Shown here piece by piece: positions 19,622-29,368 of a DNA stretch of 64,000 bases. The stretch covers positions 20,546-84,545 of the forward strand of contig CAYYQY010000003.1 of the NCBI GenBank assembly GCA_964473905.1, given 5' to 3'. The translations under genes were made by a program, and so were the position numbers. The stretch is from an uncultured Dehalococcoidales bacterium. GTDB lineage: Bacteria > Chloroflexota > Dehalococcoidia > Dehalococcoidales > CAYYQY01. Below the pieces are notes generated by a model that ran no database searches, was not told where the DNA came from, and saw only the letters and a program-made list of their open reading frames with translations. Positions within the stretch are counted from its first letter, which is position 1. Every line of letters begins with the position of its first letter.

Positions 19622-20482
19622 ATGAAGGTTCGCCGGGCAATCATTACGGCGGCCGGTTGGGGAACCCGGTTTCTGCCTGTCACCAGGTCTCAACCCAAAG
19701 AGATGCTGCCTATTATAGATGAACCGGTAATTCAATATGCCGTTGAAGAGGCCGTCAATTCGGGTATTGAGCATATTGTAATCATCACTGCTCTTGGTAA
19801 ACAGGCTATTGAAGACTATTTTGACCGCTGTTTTGAGCTGGAGTACTTCTTGAAGAAGAAGGGGGAGACGGCTTTGCTTAAAAAGATGCGGGATATATCA
19901 AGCTTGGCCGATATCTGCTATATCAGGCAAAAGGAGCAGTTGGGTCTCGGTCATGCAATTTTAACAGCGCGGAGTGTCATTGGTAACGAGCCGTTTGCCG
20001 TAATATTGCCAGACGATATTATTGATAGCGAAGTACCGGCGCTCAAGCAGATGATGACCGTCTATAACGAACGTGGCGGTAATATCATAGCCGTTGAAAC
20101 CGTGAAAACGGAGGACACGGTAAAATACGGGATTATAAAACCAGAGGCGGTCACCTCCAGTTTATACCGGGTGCTGGGACTCGTGGAGAAACCGGCATCG
20201 GCCGAAGCCCCGTCCAATCTGGGGGTAGTGGGTAGATATATACTTATGCCCGAAGTATTTGATATTATCGGCAAGACCCCGTCGGGCAAAAACCAGGAGA
20301 TTCAGCTGACCGACGCCCTGGAGATATTGCTGCAAAAACAGGCGGTATATGCCTGGCAGTTTGAGGGCACCAGGTATGACGTGGGCACGCCCATCGGGTT
20401 GCTTAAGGCGACGGCGGCCATGGCTCTCAAACGTCCTGATATTCGCGAGGAGTTTCGGGATTACCTGAGTAAGCTGCTGTAA
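19622..20482 (+). CDS. galU: UTP--glucose-1-phosphate uridylyltransferase
   Basis: 286 aa. AAGWGTRFLPVTRSQPKEMLPI signature. Confidence 0.9.
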   Translation: MKVRRAIITAAGWGTRFLPVTRSQPKEMLPIIDEPVIQYAVEEAVNSGIEHIVIITALGKQAIEDYFDRCFELEYFLKKKGETALLKKMRDISSLADICYIRQKEQLGLGHAILTARSVIGNEPFAVILPDDIIDSEVPALKQMMTVYNERGGNIIAVETVKTEDTVKYGIIKPEAVTSSLYRVLGLVEKPASAEAPSNLGVVGRYILMPEVFDIIGKTPSGKNQEIQLTDALEILLQKQAVYAWQFEGTRYDVGTPIGLLKATAAMALKRPDIREEFRDYLSKLL

Positions 20483-20615
20483 GCCGGCTCTGCCTGCCAT
20501 TTCTATTTTCCCTCCGGGTCTTAGCACCGTAAGCAGCATTTGTATTGACAGCTATAGCTGGAAAGTCTTACACTAAAGTTATAGTCAATGCTTTTTACGG
20601 GTGGAGATTTCTTAA

Positions 20616-23231
20616 GTGACCACTGACGAGCTTCGTGCTCTATTTTTACGCTTCTTTGCAGAAAAAGACCATACAGTTATTCCAAGTTCGTCCTTAGTGC
20701 CAAGGGGTGACCCTACCTTACTGCTTACCAGTGCCGGCATGGTACAGATAAAGCCCTACTTTCTGGGTAAGGCGGTGCCGCCCAACCGGCGTTTAGCGTC
20801 TTGTCAGAAATGCTTTCGTACTACCGATATTGAATCCGTAGGTGATTCCACACACCTCACTTTATTTGAAATGCTGGGTAATTTCAGCGTCGGTGACTAC
20901 TTCAAGAAGGAAGCCATAAGCTGGGGCTGGGAGTTTGTTACCCGGTGGCTGAAGCTGCCGGAGGAGCGCCTCTGGATAACAATATTTCTGGACGATGATG
21001 AGTCTTATCATTACTGGCGGCAACTGGGTATTGCCGAAGACAGAATACTGAGATTCGGTGAGCAGCATAACTTCTGGGGGCCGGCTGGAGATTCCGGGCC
21101 GTGCGGTCCCTGCAGCGAGATTCACTATGATTTCGGGGAGAGTATCGGTTGCGGCAAGGATACCTGCGCCCCGGGCTGCGATTGCGGCCGTTTCTCCGAG
21201 TTGTGGAATCTGGTATTTACCCAGTATAACCAGGACGAGTACGGGAACAGGACTCTGTTGCCGAAGCCCAATATTGATACCGGCATGGGACTGGAGAGAA
21301 CAGCGGTGGTGATGCAGGGCAAGACCTCGGTCTATGAAACCGAACTCTTTGTGCCACTGCTGGAACGCATATCCGGGATATCAGGGAAGGATTACGGCGC
21401 TGACGTTAATACCGATAAGGCTATGCGGGTGGTAACCGAGCACGGGCGAGGTGTTGCCTTTCTGATTGCCGATGGTGTTATCCCCGGTAACGAGGGGACG
21501 GGTTATGTTCTGCGCCGGTTATTGCGCCGTGCTGCCCTGTTCGGCAAGAGATTGGGGCTGGACAAGCCATTCCTTGCCGAGATAGCCGAGATAGCTATCG
21601 GCAATATGGGGCATATATACTCGGAGTTAAAAGCGCGGCGGGACTTCATTTTGAAGGTTATAGAGAACGAGGAAACCCGGTTCGAGGAGACATTGAGCAA
21701 TGGGTTGGAATTACTGGACGGTATTATGGAGAAAGCTGCCGGTAACGGTGAAAGACAGATTGCCGGGGGAAAGATATTTGAGCTATATGATACTTACGGT
21801 TTTCCCGTAGAGCTAACCATGGAAGTCGCTACCGACCGCGGTTTTGTCATTGATATGGATGGCTTTGAATCAGAGATGAAAAAGCAGCGGGCACGAGCCA
21901 GGGCTTCACAAAAACTGGGCGAAGCGGAAAAGACGGTTACCGGAATGAATACCCTGGATATTAACAAGACGCCGTTCCTGGGATATCATAGACTGGAGCA
22001 TAACGCCAGTATAGTCAGCATATTAGTTGATAATAACCCGGTACAGAGAGTGGCAGCCGGGCAGGAGGCAAGCCTGGTTCTGGATGCTACTCCATTCTAT
22101 GGTGAGATGGGTGGACAGATGGGAGATACCGGTGAAATAGGTAGCGGGGCCGGATGGTTTACGGTAGAGAATACTATACATATCACGCCTGAAGTCATCG
22201 TACACCAGGGGCGTGTTACTGACGGTAACCTGAGTGTGGGGGATAAGGTTACGGCGGTAGTTGACGCGGAACGCCGGCTGGACATCGCGCGCAACCATAC
22301 CGCTACTCACCTGTTGCAGTATGCGCTGCACTGTGTGCTGGGAGAGCATGTTCAGCAGAGGGGTTCACTGGTGACGCCGGAGCGGTTCAGATTTGACTTC
22401 TCGCACCTCACGGCTATGACGAAGGAAGAACTGCTTGAGGTTCAGCATATGGTGAATGAAAATATACGCCGGAACCTGATAGTAGTTGACATAACTACGA
22501 CCTATACAGAGGCTTTAGAGGAGGGTGCGGTAGCCCTTTTTGATGAGAAGTATGGTGATACGGTACGGGTGATAAAAATCGGTGAGCCGGCTATCAGTGC
22601 CGAGCTTTGCGGTGGTACCCATGTTTCGACAACCGGGGAACTTGGTCTATTTCAGATCCTGGGAGAAACAAGCATAGGCGCCGGGCTACGTCGTATAGAA
22701 GCCGTCACCGGGCGGGCTGCGGAAAAGTTGGTTGACCTCAAAACCTCTGGTTACGAAGAGATGGCGCAATTCCTGGAGGCTTCTATAGACGAAGTCCCGG
22801 CTAAGGTTGCTGACCTGCTGGATGCGCTGAACGCGGAACGCAGGCAGCGGCAAGCCCTGGAACGAGAACTGGCGGCTAAACTGGCTGAATCTCTACTGTC
22901 TCAAGCAGAGGTAATAAACGGGGTGATGGTGCTGGTAGCCGGGGTGTCGTCTACACGGGTGGAAATACTGCGTGAGATGAGTGACCGTATAAGAGAGAAG
23001 CTGAAGAGCGGTATAATAGTCCTGGGCTCGGTTTATGAAGACAAGCCGGTATTTATTGTTGCCGTGACTCCCGATCTGATCAGCAAAGGTTACGATGCGG
23101 GCAAGATGATTAGGGAGGTGGCCAGGGTAACCGGTGGCGGTGGTGGTGGTAAAGCCGGCCTGGCTCAAGCCGGTGGTAAATATAAGAATAAGCTGGAAGA
23201 AGCCCTGCGTCTGGCGAGAAGCCTGGTGTAG
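20616..23231 (+). CDS. alaS: Alanine--tRNA ligase
   Basis: 871 aa. Editing-domain HTATHLL and CGGTHV, and a C-terminal DHHA1 region with GGGGGGKAGLAQAGG. GTG start. Confidence 0.97.
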   Translation: MTTDELRALFLRFFAEKDHTVIPSSSLVPRGDPTLLLTSAGMVQIKPYFLGKAVPPNRRLASCQKCFRTTDIESVGDSTHLTLFEMLGNFSVGDYFKKEAISWGWEFVTRWLKLPEERLWITIFLDDDESYHYWRQLGIAEDRILRFGEQHNFWGPAGDSGPCGPCSEIHYDFGESIGCGKDTCAPGCDCGRFSELWNLVFTQYNQDEYGNRTLLPKPNIDTGMGLERTAVVMQGKTSVYETELFVPLLERISGISGKDYGADVNTDKAMRVVTEHGRGVAFLIADGVIPGNEGTGYVLRRLLRRAALFGKRLGLDKPFLAEIAEIAIGNMGHIYSELKARRDFILKVIENEETRFEETLSNGLELLDGIMEKAAGNGERQIAGGKIFELYDTYGFPVELTMEVATDRGFVIDMDGFESEMKKQRARARASQKLGEAEKTVTGMNTLDINKTPFLGYHRLEHNASIVSILVDNNPVQRVAAGQEASLVLDATPFYGEMGGQMGDTGEIGSGAGWFTVENTIHITPEVIVHQGRVTDGNLSVGDKVTAVVDAERRLDIARNHTATHLLQYALHCVLGEHVQQRGSLVTPERFRFDFSHLTAMTKEELLEVQHMVNENIRRNLIVVDITTTYTEALEEGAVALFDEKYGDTVRVIKIGEPAISAELCGGTHVSTTGELGLFQILGETSIGAGLRRIEAVTGRAAEKLVDLKTSGYEEMAQFLEASIDEVPAKVADLLDALNAERRQRQALERELAAKLAESLLSQAEVINGVMVLVAGVSSTRVEILREMSDRIREKLKSGIIVLGSVYEDKPVFIVAVTPDLISKGYDAGKMIREVARVTGGGGGGKAGLAQAGGKYKNKLEEALRLARSLV

Positions 23232-23245
23232 CCTGGAGGTATAAA

Positions 23246-23662
23246 ACGCGCAGTCTGGGTCTTGATGTTGGAGACCGTAGAATCGGGGTAGCCTTAAGCG
23301 ACCCTACGGGGATGCTGGCTAGCCCGGTAGCTATAATCAACTGTACAAACGAAGTGGTAGATATCGAAGCCGTTCTCGATATTGTCAGGCAGCAGCAGGT
23401 TGAGCAGATAATAGTGGGGTTACCCATGTCCATGAGCGGCGAAACGGGTAAGCAGGCGGAGAAGGTTGTCGCTTTCGTCAAGCTATTGCGTACCCATACC
23501 GATGTCCCCGTAGAATTTCGCGACGAGCGTCTGTCAACGGTAGCGGCGGAGCGGTTGAAACGGCCCACAAAGACCAGGAAAACACGTGAAAAAACCAGAT
23601 ATGACGCTATGGCGGCCGCTATTATCCTGCAGGGTTATCTGGACGAAGTAGCTTTTCGATAG
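23246..23662 (+). CDS. ruvX: Holliday-junction resolvase-like nuclease RuvX/YqgF; the start codon is uncertain
   Basis: The track ORF starts at ATG 23312, but the same frame upstream encodes ..YKTRSLGLDVGDRRIGVALSDPTG, the conserved YqgF N-terminus with the catalytic Asp. No ATG/GTG/TTG exists between the in-frame stop at 23189-23191 and 23312. GGAGG lies at 23235-23239. Candidate starts are ACG 23246 or CTG 23255. Confidence 0.6.
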   Translation, partial: TRSLGLDVGDRRIGVALSDPTGMLASPVAIINCTNEVVDIEAVLDIVRQQQVEQIIVGLPMSMSGETGKQAEKVVAFVKLLRTHTDVPVEFRDERLSTVAAERLKRPTKTRKTREKTRYDAMAAAIILQGYLDEVAFR

Positions 23663-23725
23663 CTACTATACTCTACATGAATACCCCCTATAGTTGTTTA
23701 TTGAGACACCCGGGAAAAATATTTT

Positions 23726-25525
23726 ATGGATACTGATAAAGTACATTATAAGGCAATCCTATCTAATATTCTAAATAGGTTGCGCTCCAACGAAGGGGTT
23801 TTGGAAATAGTTCTAGCTGTATTGGTTGGGGTTGCTGCCGGATTTGGGGCTGTCTTATTCTGGGAGATGATAGAACTTTTCAGCTGGTTTTTCTTCAAGG
23901 AGGGAGCTGAAGCGTTAGCACCTTTGGGGAAATACTATGTGATTATAATACCGGCAATTGGTGGGTTAATATTAGGTCCTATTATCTATTTCTTAGGTAA
24001 GGAAGCAAAAGGAGAAGGTCCTCCAGAGGCGATGGAGGCTGTTGCTATTAGAGGTGGTCGGATTAGGCCACGAATAATGCCGATTAAGGTGCTGGTATCG
24101 TCACTATGCATAGGCAGCGGTGGTTCGGTTGGCCGTGAAGGTCCTATTGTACAGATTGGGGCTTCTATTGGCTCAAGTCTCGGACAGTGGTTACACCTGT
24201 CAGAGGAATCGCTAAAGACGCTGGCACTTTGTGGGGTTGCCGGCGGTATTTCTGCTACATTTAATGCACCACTGGCCGGCATGATATTCGCTCTGGAAGT
24301 AGTTGGGAAGAGAGTACTTACTCCCAGGTTCGTATATATTGTACTTAGCTCAGTGTCTGCCAATGTTATCGCCCGCATATTCCTGTTTACTGAAGAGCAG
24401 CCTACTTCTTTTACAGTGCCACAGTACACGATTGTTAGTTACTGGGAGCTCATTCTTTATGTTTTACTGGGGATAATTGTTGCTCTGGTTGCCGTTGGCT
24501 TTATGCGTTTCTTTTATAAGGTCGAAGATGCCTTTAACAAACTGAAGGTACCGGCCTATCTCAAGCCGGCTATAGGCGGTCTCGTTGTCGGAGTTATTGG
24601 TTTTTACTACCCCGAGGTTTTTGGTGTTGGCTACGGGACGCATTATGGCGTGGGTGGATCTATAATACAAGCAGGTGCGGTTGATAAGATGCTGGCCGGA
24701 GAGATAACGCTCACTGTGATTATAGTGATACTAGCACTTAAGATGTTAGCCTCCTCTATTACTCTGGGCAGTGGCGGTAGCGGTGGTATTTTCGCGCCAT
24801 CTTTGTTCATGGGTGCTGCATTGGGTGGAGCGTTTGGCATCATGGTGCATCAGAGCTTTCCTGCAGTAACGGCTGCCTCCGGTGCTTATGCACTGGTCGG
24901 TATGGGGGCGTTTTTCGCTACCATAGTTCGCGGGCCGATTACGGCTATCATTATGCTGTTTGAAATGACCTTGGATTATGCACTGATTTTACCGCTTATG
25001 ATAGTGGTTGTTGTCAGTAGCTTAATAGCCCGTCAATTTACTACGGAGAGTATCTACACAATGCGATTGCTAAGGCGAAATGTTGATATTCGGCAGTTGG
25101 AAGAAACCAGCCCGATGAGGATGGTTACCGTGGGCGAGGTTATGACCAAGAACTACCCTTCGGTGCCGTCAACAATGACGGTTGAAGAGCTTATCGCGAG
25201 ACTCCGTAACAGCGGCCATCACGGTTATACTGTCATAGATAAAGACGGTAATTTTAGCGGTATGGTCACCCTGTCCGATGTTGAGGCAGCGGTAGCCAGG
25301 GGCAGTATCGCCGATTTGACGGTAGGTAATATCGCCTCTAAATCTGTGATTACAGCTTATCCCGACCAGTACCTGCATGACGTAATGGTCGGGCTGGGAG
25401 AGAGGGAGGTGGGACGCATCCCGGTAGTTGATAGAAGTGACCCCAAACGTTTGCTGGGTTGTCTGCGCCGCCACGATATTATACGGGCTTATGCGCGGAA
25501 AACAGCCGGGAAGCCTCTTCGTTAG
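23726..25525 (+). CDS. ClC family chloride channel / H+-Cl- antiporter with C-terminal CBS pair
   Basis: 599 aa. GGSVGREGP and GSGGSGGIFAPS selectivity motifs, followed by two CBS-like segments at the C-terminus. Confidence 0.88.
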   Translation: MDTDKVHYKAILSNILNRLRSNEGVLEIVLAVLVGVAAGFGAVLFWEMIELFSWFFFKEGAEALAPLGKYYVIIIPAIGGLILGPIIYFLGKEAKGEGPPEAMEAVAIRGGRIRPRIMPIKVLVSSLCIGSGGSVGREGPIVQIGASIGSSLGQWLHLSEESLKTLALCGVAGGISATFNAPLAGMIFALEVVGKRVLTPRFVYIVLSSVSANVIARIFLFTEEQPTSFTVPQYTIVSYWELILYVLLGIIVALVAVGFMRFFYKVEDAFNKLKVPAYLKPAIGGLVVGVIGFYYPEVFGVGYGTHYGVGGSIIQAGAVDKMLAGEITLTVIIVILALKMLASSITLGSGGSGGIFAPSLFMGAALGGAFGIMVHQSFPAVTAASGAYALVGMGAFFATIVRGPITAIIMLFEMTLDYALILPLMIVVVVSSLIARQFTTESIYTMRLLRRNVDIRQLEETSPMRMVTVGEVMTKNYPSVPSTMTVEELIARLRNSGHHGYTVIDKDGNFSGMVTLSDVEAAVARGSIADLTVGNIASKSVITAYPDQYLHDVMVGLGEREVGRIPVVDRSDPKRLLGCLRRHDIIRAYARKTAGKPLR

Positions 25526-25540
25526 CAGGAGGATAGGGAT

Positions 25541-26662
25541 ATGGATTTCAGTCTGAGCGAGCAGGAAAAGATGTTACAGGGCATGGCCAGGGAATTTGCC
25601 ATAAAAACGATAGGCCCCCGTGCTGATGATATTGATCATAGCAGCCGTTTCCCACTTGATATTGTTGAAGAAATGGGTTCTCGTGGCTACTACGGGCTGC
25701 CCTACCCGGTTGCATACGGGGGTAGCGGCGCCGGTTATACGAGCTATGCCCTGGTCCTGGAGCAGATAAGCCGGGCTTCGATGACAGCCGGCGCTATTAT
25801 GTCGGTACACACGGTTCCCGAGGAGGCCATCTTTCGGTTCGGTAACGAGGTGCAGAAGCAGGTACTGCTAACACCTCTTACCAGTGGTGAGCTGCTGGGC
25901 TGTATTGCCTTTACCGAAGCGGAGACCGGCTCCGACCCGAGGGCCATAACTACCGCTGCCCGGAAGAACAACGGTGACTATGTGGTTACAGGGCAAAAGC
26001 AGTTCGTAGCCAATGCGCCGGCGGCTAACCTGGCGCTCGTATTTGCCCGGTGTGAGCAGGAGGGGCTCGCAGCTTTTATAATGGACACGTCATCACCGGG
26101 TTTCAATCTCCGCGAGCCGTGTGAGACAATGGGACTGCGTGGTCTGGGAACGTCGGTAATATTCCTGGATGATGTGTGCGTGCCGGGCGATAACCGGCTC
26201 GGGGCAGAGGGGCAGGGATACAGCATTTTGCTGGATACAATTTGCATTGAGCGGCTGGGAGTAGCCGTGCAGGCGTTGGGTGTAGCGCAGGCAGCACTGG
26301 AACTTGCTATTGACTATGCCAGAGAGCGCCGGGCTATGAATAGACCGATTGCTGAGCTGTCGACCATAAAGTGGCACTTGGCGGAGATGGCAACCAGAAT
26401 AGAGAGCACGCGGTGGCTCGTATACCGGACTGCTTTTCTCAGTGACCAGGGGCAGGATATCAAGTACGAGTCGGCACTCGTCAAGCTGGGCGCTTCCCAG
26501 ATGGCGGTAGATGTGACCCGTATGGCCATGCAGGTTCACGGGGCTTACGGTACGATGAAGACTTTGTCCATAGAGCGGCTGTACCGCGACGCCAAGATGA
26601 CTGAAATGTATGTTGGTGTCTCTGAAATACAGCGGATTATTATTGCCAGCTATTTGATATGA
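25541..26662 (+). CDS. Acyl-CoA dehydrogenase
   Basis: 373 aa. Typical ACAD layout (FAIKTIGPRADDIDHSSRFP..., CIAFTEAETGSDP, C-terminal YVGVSEIQRIIIA). Confidence 0.85.
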   Translation: MDFSLSEQEKMLQGMAREFAIKTIGPRADDIDHSSRFPLDIVEEMGSRGYYGLPYPVAYGGSGAGYTSYALVLEQISRASMTAGAIMSVHTVPEEAIFRFGNEVQKQVLLTPLTSGELLGCIAFTEAETGSDPRAITTAARKNNGDYVVTGQKQFVANAPAANLALVFARCEQEGLAAFIMDTSSPGFNLREPCETMGLRGLGTSVIFLDDVCVPGDNRLGAEGQGYSILLDTICIERLGVAVQALGVAQAALELAIDYARERRAMNRPIAELSTIKWHLAEMATRIESTRWLVYRTAFLSDQGQDIKYESALVKLGASQMAVDVTRMAMQVHGAYGTMKTLSIERLYRDAKMTEMYVGVSEIQRIIIASYLI

Positions 26663-27834
26663 GCGGTTTTAAACTGATAAGTACTGATGCCGGGAGCGGA
26701 GCGCGTGCCGGTGAAATACGTACCCTGCATGGTACGGTGCCGACGCCGGCATTTATGCCGGTAGGCAGCCAGGCTACGGTAAAGGCGGTATCGCCCGACG
26801 AGCTTGAGGATATCGGGGCAGGCATGATACTGGCCAATACCTATCATCTGTATTTGAGGCCGGGGATGGATGTGGTTGAAAAAATGGGCGGGTTACATAA
26901 GTTCATGGGCTGGGATAGAGCCATCCTGACTGATAGTGGCGGTTATCAGATATTCAGTCTGGCCAGGCTACGGAAAATAAACGATGACGGCGTCGTTTTC
27001 CGTTCGCATATTGATGGCAGCGAGCACTTTATTACCCCTGAGCTTGACATAAAGCTACAGGAGGCACTCGGTGCCGATATTATTATGGCGCTGGACGAGT
27101 GCCCGGCCAACGATGATAGCCTGGACAAAGTGGCGGAGGCTATGCACCGCACTCACTTGTGGGCAGAGAGATGTCTTAAGGCCAAGAAGCGGAGTGACCA
27201 GGAGCTGTACGCTATTGTGCAGGGGGGCGTATTCCCCGAGCTTCGCCGCCGTTCCGTGGCATATCTTAAGTCACTGGACTTTCCCGGGTACGCCATCGGT
27301 GGCCTGAGCCTGGGCGAACCGAAAAAGGTTACCCTCTCCATTGTTGAAGAGACGGTGAAAATGCTTCCCGAAGCCAGGACACGCTATCTCATGGGGGTGG
27401 GTTCGCCGGAGGATATTGTTGAGGGTGTAGCCAGGGGGTGCGATATATTTGACTGTGCTTTACCCACCAGGGTAGCCCGGAACGGCGCCTTCTTCGCCCG
27501 TGATGGCAGACATAATATCCGAAATGCTGTATATAGAAGGATAGAAGAGCCCATGGTGGATGGTTGTAATTGCTATACCTGCCGACACTTCTCCGCAGCA
27601 TATGTACATCATCTGTTTGCCTGTGAAGAGCTGCTGGGCTACCGGTTGATGACTATTCATAACCTGAGTTTTATGAATAACCTGGTAAGCGAGATAAGAG
27701 CCTCGATATTGAATGGCGGCTTCAAATCTTTCCGGGAAGGGTTTTTAGCGGAATACCGGCCTACTGATGAGCAGGTGCGGCTTAATCAGAAGCAGAAATG
27801 GCTGAAGTCACGCCACTCGGAATATTCGGAATAG
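26659..27834 (+). CDS. tgt: Queuine tRNA-ribosyltransferase (tRNA-guanine transglycosylase)
   Basis: 391 aa. LTDSGGYQ and the zinc site CNCYTCRHFSAAYVHHL. ATGA overlap with the upstream gene. Confidence 0.95.
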   Translation: MSGFKLISTDAGSGARAGEIRTLHGTVPTPAFMPVGSQATVKAVSPDELEDIGAGMILANTYHLYLRPGMDVVEKMGGLHKFMGWDRAILTDSGGYQIFSLARLRKINDDGVVFRSHIDGSEHFITPELDIKLQEALGADIIMALDECPANDDSLDKVAEAMHRTHLWAERCLKAKKRSDQELYAIVQGGVFPELRRRSVAYLKSLDFPGYAIGGLSLGEPKKVTLSIVEETVKMLPEARTRYLMGVGSPEDIVEGVARGCDIFDCALPTRVARNGAFFARDGRHNIRNAVYRRIEEPMVDGCNCYTCRHFSAAYVHHLFACEELLGYRLMTIHNLSFMNNLVSEIRASILNGGFKSFREGFLAEYRPTDEQVRLNQKQKWLKSRHSEYSE

Positions 27835-27870
27835 ACCACTGATAAAAGATGTCCCTGACTCAAAATCTGA

Positions 27871-28104
27871 CTACACGGTAGCGGGTTCTATCTTTACTCC
27901 CTTGGACGTTGCCCAGTCCAGGACACCGTTAATGGCAGTGCTATCCCCCTCAAGCTCGACTTCTATCCAGCCGCCGGACTCGCTCATGTTGGCCTGCCGG
28001 ATGTTGGTTTGCAAGGCAAAATCCTGCCCTATGCTATAGATAATCGGTTCAGCAGCCACTTCATCGTTAAAGGTCATTATTATACGCAATTTACTCATTT
28101 TCAT
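27871..28104 (-). CDS. Stand-alone NIL-domain protein (MetN C-terminal-like ligand-binding fold)
   Basis: 77 aa. Similar by eye to the N-terminal half of the NIL-ferredoxin at 33511-33921 (..EPIIYSIGQDF.. versus ..RPIVYRLVKDF..). Last gene of the operon. Confidence 0.6.
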   Translation of the reverse strand: MKMSKLRIIMTFNDEVAAEPIIYSIGQDFALQTNIRQANMSESGGWIEVELEGDSTAINGVLDWATSKGVKIEPATV

Positions 28105-28110
28105 TCCCTC

Positions 28111-29085
28111 TTACGATATAATAATAGCGCTTTCCAGACGCTTAACCGTAGCTTCGGCCTCTTCTACCATAGTATCGATAATCTCTCTAACAGAGGGGAT
28201 ATTGTGTATCAGTCCGACGGTCTCACCGGCGGAGATGACGCCTTTATTGATGTTGCCCTCCTCCAGTGCCTGTTTACCTCTGAGCCCGGTTATCGTGGGC
28301 AGCAGATCTTCCAGCGTAGCCCCCTTTTCCTCCATGCGCAGTACGTTGAGCGATAGCTCTGTTCTCAGCACCCGCTCCGGATTATTAAAGGTGCGGTTTA
28401 TCATTATCGTGTCTTTTTCCGTAGCCTGAATTAGCCACTCCTTGATTCTGGGATGAGCTGTGCATTCCTGGCTGGCCAGAAAGCGGGTGCCCAGCATCAC
28501 CCCATCGGCACCCAGGGCCAGGGCAGCCGTGAGGCCTTTACCATCGGCGATGCCCCCACCGGCAATAACCGGGATTTTAACTGCAGCTGCCGCCAGCGGA
28601 ATCTGGACGAGGGATGTAATTTCTTCCATGCCGGGGTTGCCGCCCGCCTCAAAGCCGACGATGGTTACCGCATCTACCCCCAATCTTTCCGCAGTAAGGG
28701 CATCCTTCACCCGGGCGCACTTGTGCATTGTAGTTGCCCCGGCGTCCTTAAGCATCTTGATGTAAGGTTGCGGATTTCTGCCGGAGGTCTCAATTATGCT
28801 GACGCCGGCCTCTATCGCGATAGCCAGGTATTTTTCATGATGCACGGGTCTGAAAGTTGGCAGAAGGGTAATATTGACGGCGAATGGATTGGCGGTCAGG
28901 CTCTGTGTCTTTTTTATACCCTCCCGAAAATCTTCCGCGGTGCCATAATTGGCTGAGGAAAGAATACCCAGACCGCCGGCATTGGATACGGCCGCTGCCA
29001 GTTCGGAATTGGCGAGCCACAGCATGGCTCCCTGGATTATCGGGTATTTTATACCGAGCATTTCCGTTATTCTGGTTTTAAACAT
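28111..29085 (-). CDS. FMN-dependent TIM-barrel oxidoreductase of the COG2070 / nitronate monooxygenase (NPD, FabK-like) family
   Basis: 324 aa. LGIKYPIIQGAMLWLANSELAAAVSNAGGLGIL N-terminal signature, and IPVIAGGGIADG. Confidence 0.8.
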   Translation of the reverse strand: MFKTRITEMLGIKYPIIQGAMLWLANSELAAAVSNAGGLGILSSANYGTAEDFREGIKKTQSLTANPFAVNITLLPTFRPVHHEKYLAIAIEAGVSIIETSGRNPQPYIKMLKDAGATTMHKCARVKDALTAERLGVDAVTIVGFEAGGNPGMEEITSLVQIPLAAAAVKIPVIAGGGIADGKGLTAALALGADGVMLGTRFLASQECTAHPRIKEWLIQATEKDTIMINRTFNNPERVLRTELSLNVLRMEEKGATLEDLLPTITGLRGKQALEEGNINKGVISAGETVGLIHNIPSVREIIDTMVEEAEATVKRLESAIIIS

Positions 29086-29092
29086 ATATCTC

Positions 29093-29368
29093 TTAACCTC
29101 CGCCTATCAGTGGTATAAGATCAATCTCATCCCCGTCCTTAACGGGCATATCCAGCTCGTCGGGAAAGGTATCTTTTTCATTCAAAAAGATACAGACCCA
29201 CTCCAGCAGTTCACCCTTACTATCAAACAGTTCGTTTTTAATGTCAGGCAGCTTTTCGGTAAGCTCCTGGATGCATTTACTCACGGTGTTACCGTTTACT
29301 TCCACTATTGAACATTCGTTGGGTAGTCCCTTTAGAAAATAGCGGTTGATATTAATCTTGGTACTCAT
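29093..29368 (-). CDS. ThiS/MoaD-family ubiquitin-like sulfur-carrier protein
   Basis: 91 aa ending ...DEIDLIPLIGGG (C-terminal Gly-Gly). Overlaps the upstream E1-like gene by 17 nt. Confidence 0.75.
   Translation of the reverse strand: MSTKININRYFLKGLPNECSIVEVNGNTVSKCIQELTEKLPDIKNELFDSKGELLEWVCIFLNEKDTFPDELDMPVKDGDEIDLIPLIGGG

Noticed and set aside
20483-20615. A possible T-box leader upstream of alaS, and a possible SAM or TPP riboswitch upstream of the sulfur operon (35149-35340) or thi4 (30938-31034)
   Set aside because: The alaS leader is too short (133 nt) and lacks a T-box sequence. I could not find SAM-I/II or TPP (CUGAGA...ACCUGA) core motifs on the coding strand of the other regions. 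The thi4-fdhD gap only has a small ACCGG/CCGGT hairpin.
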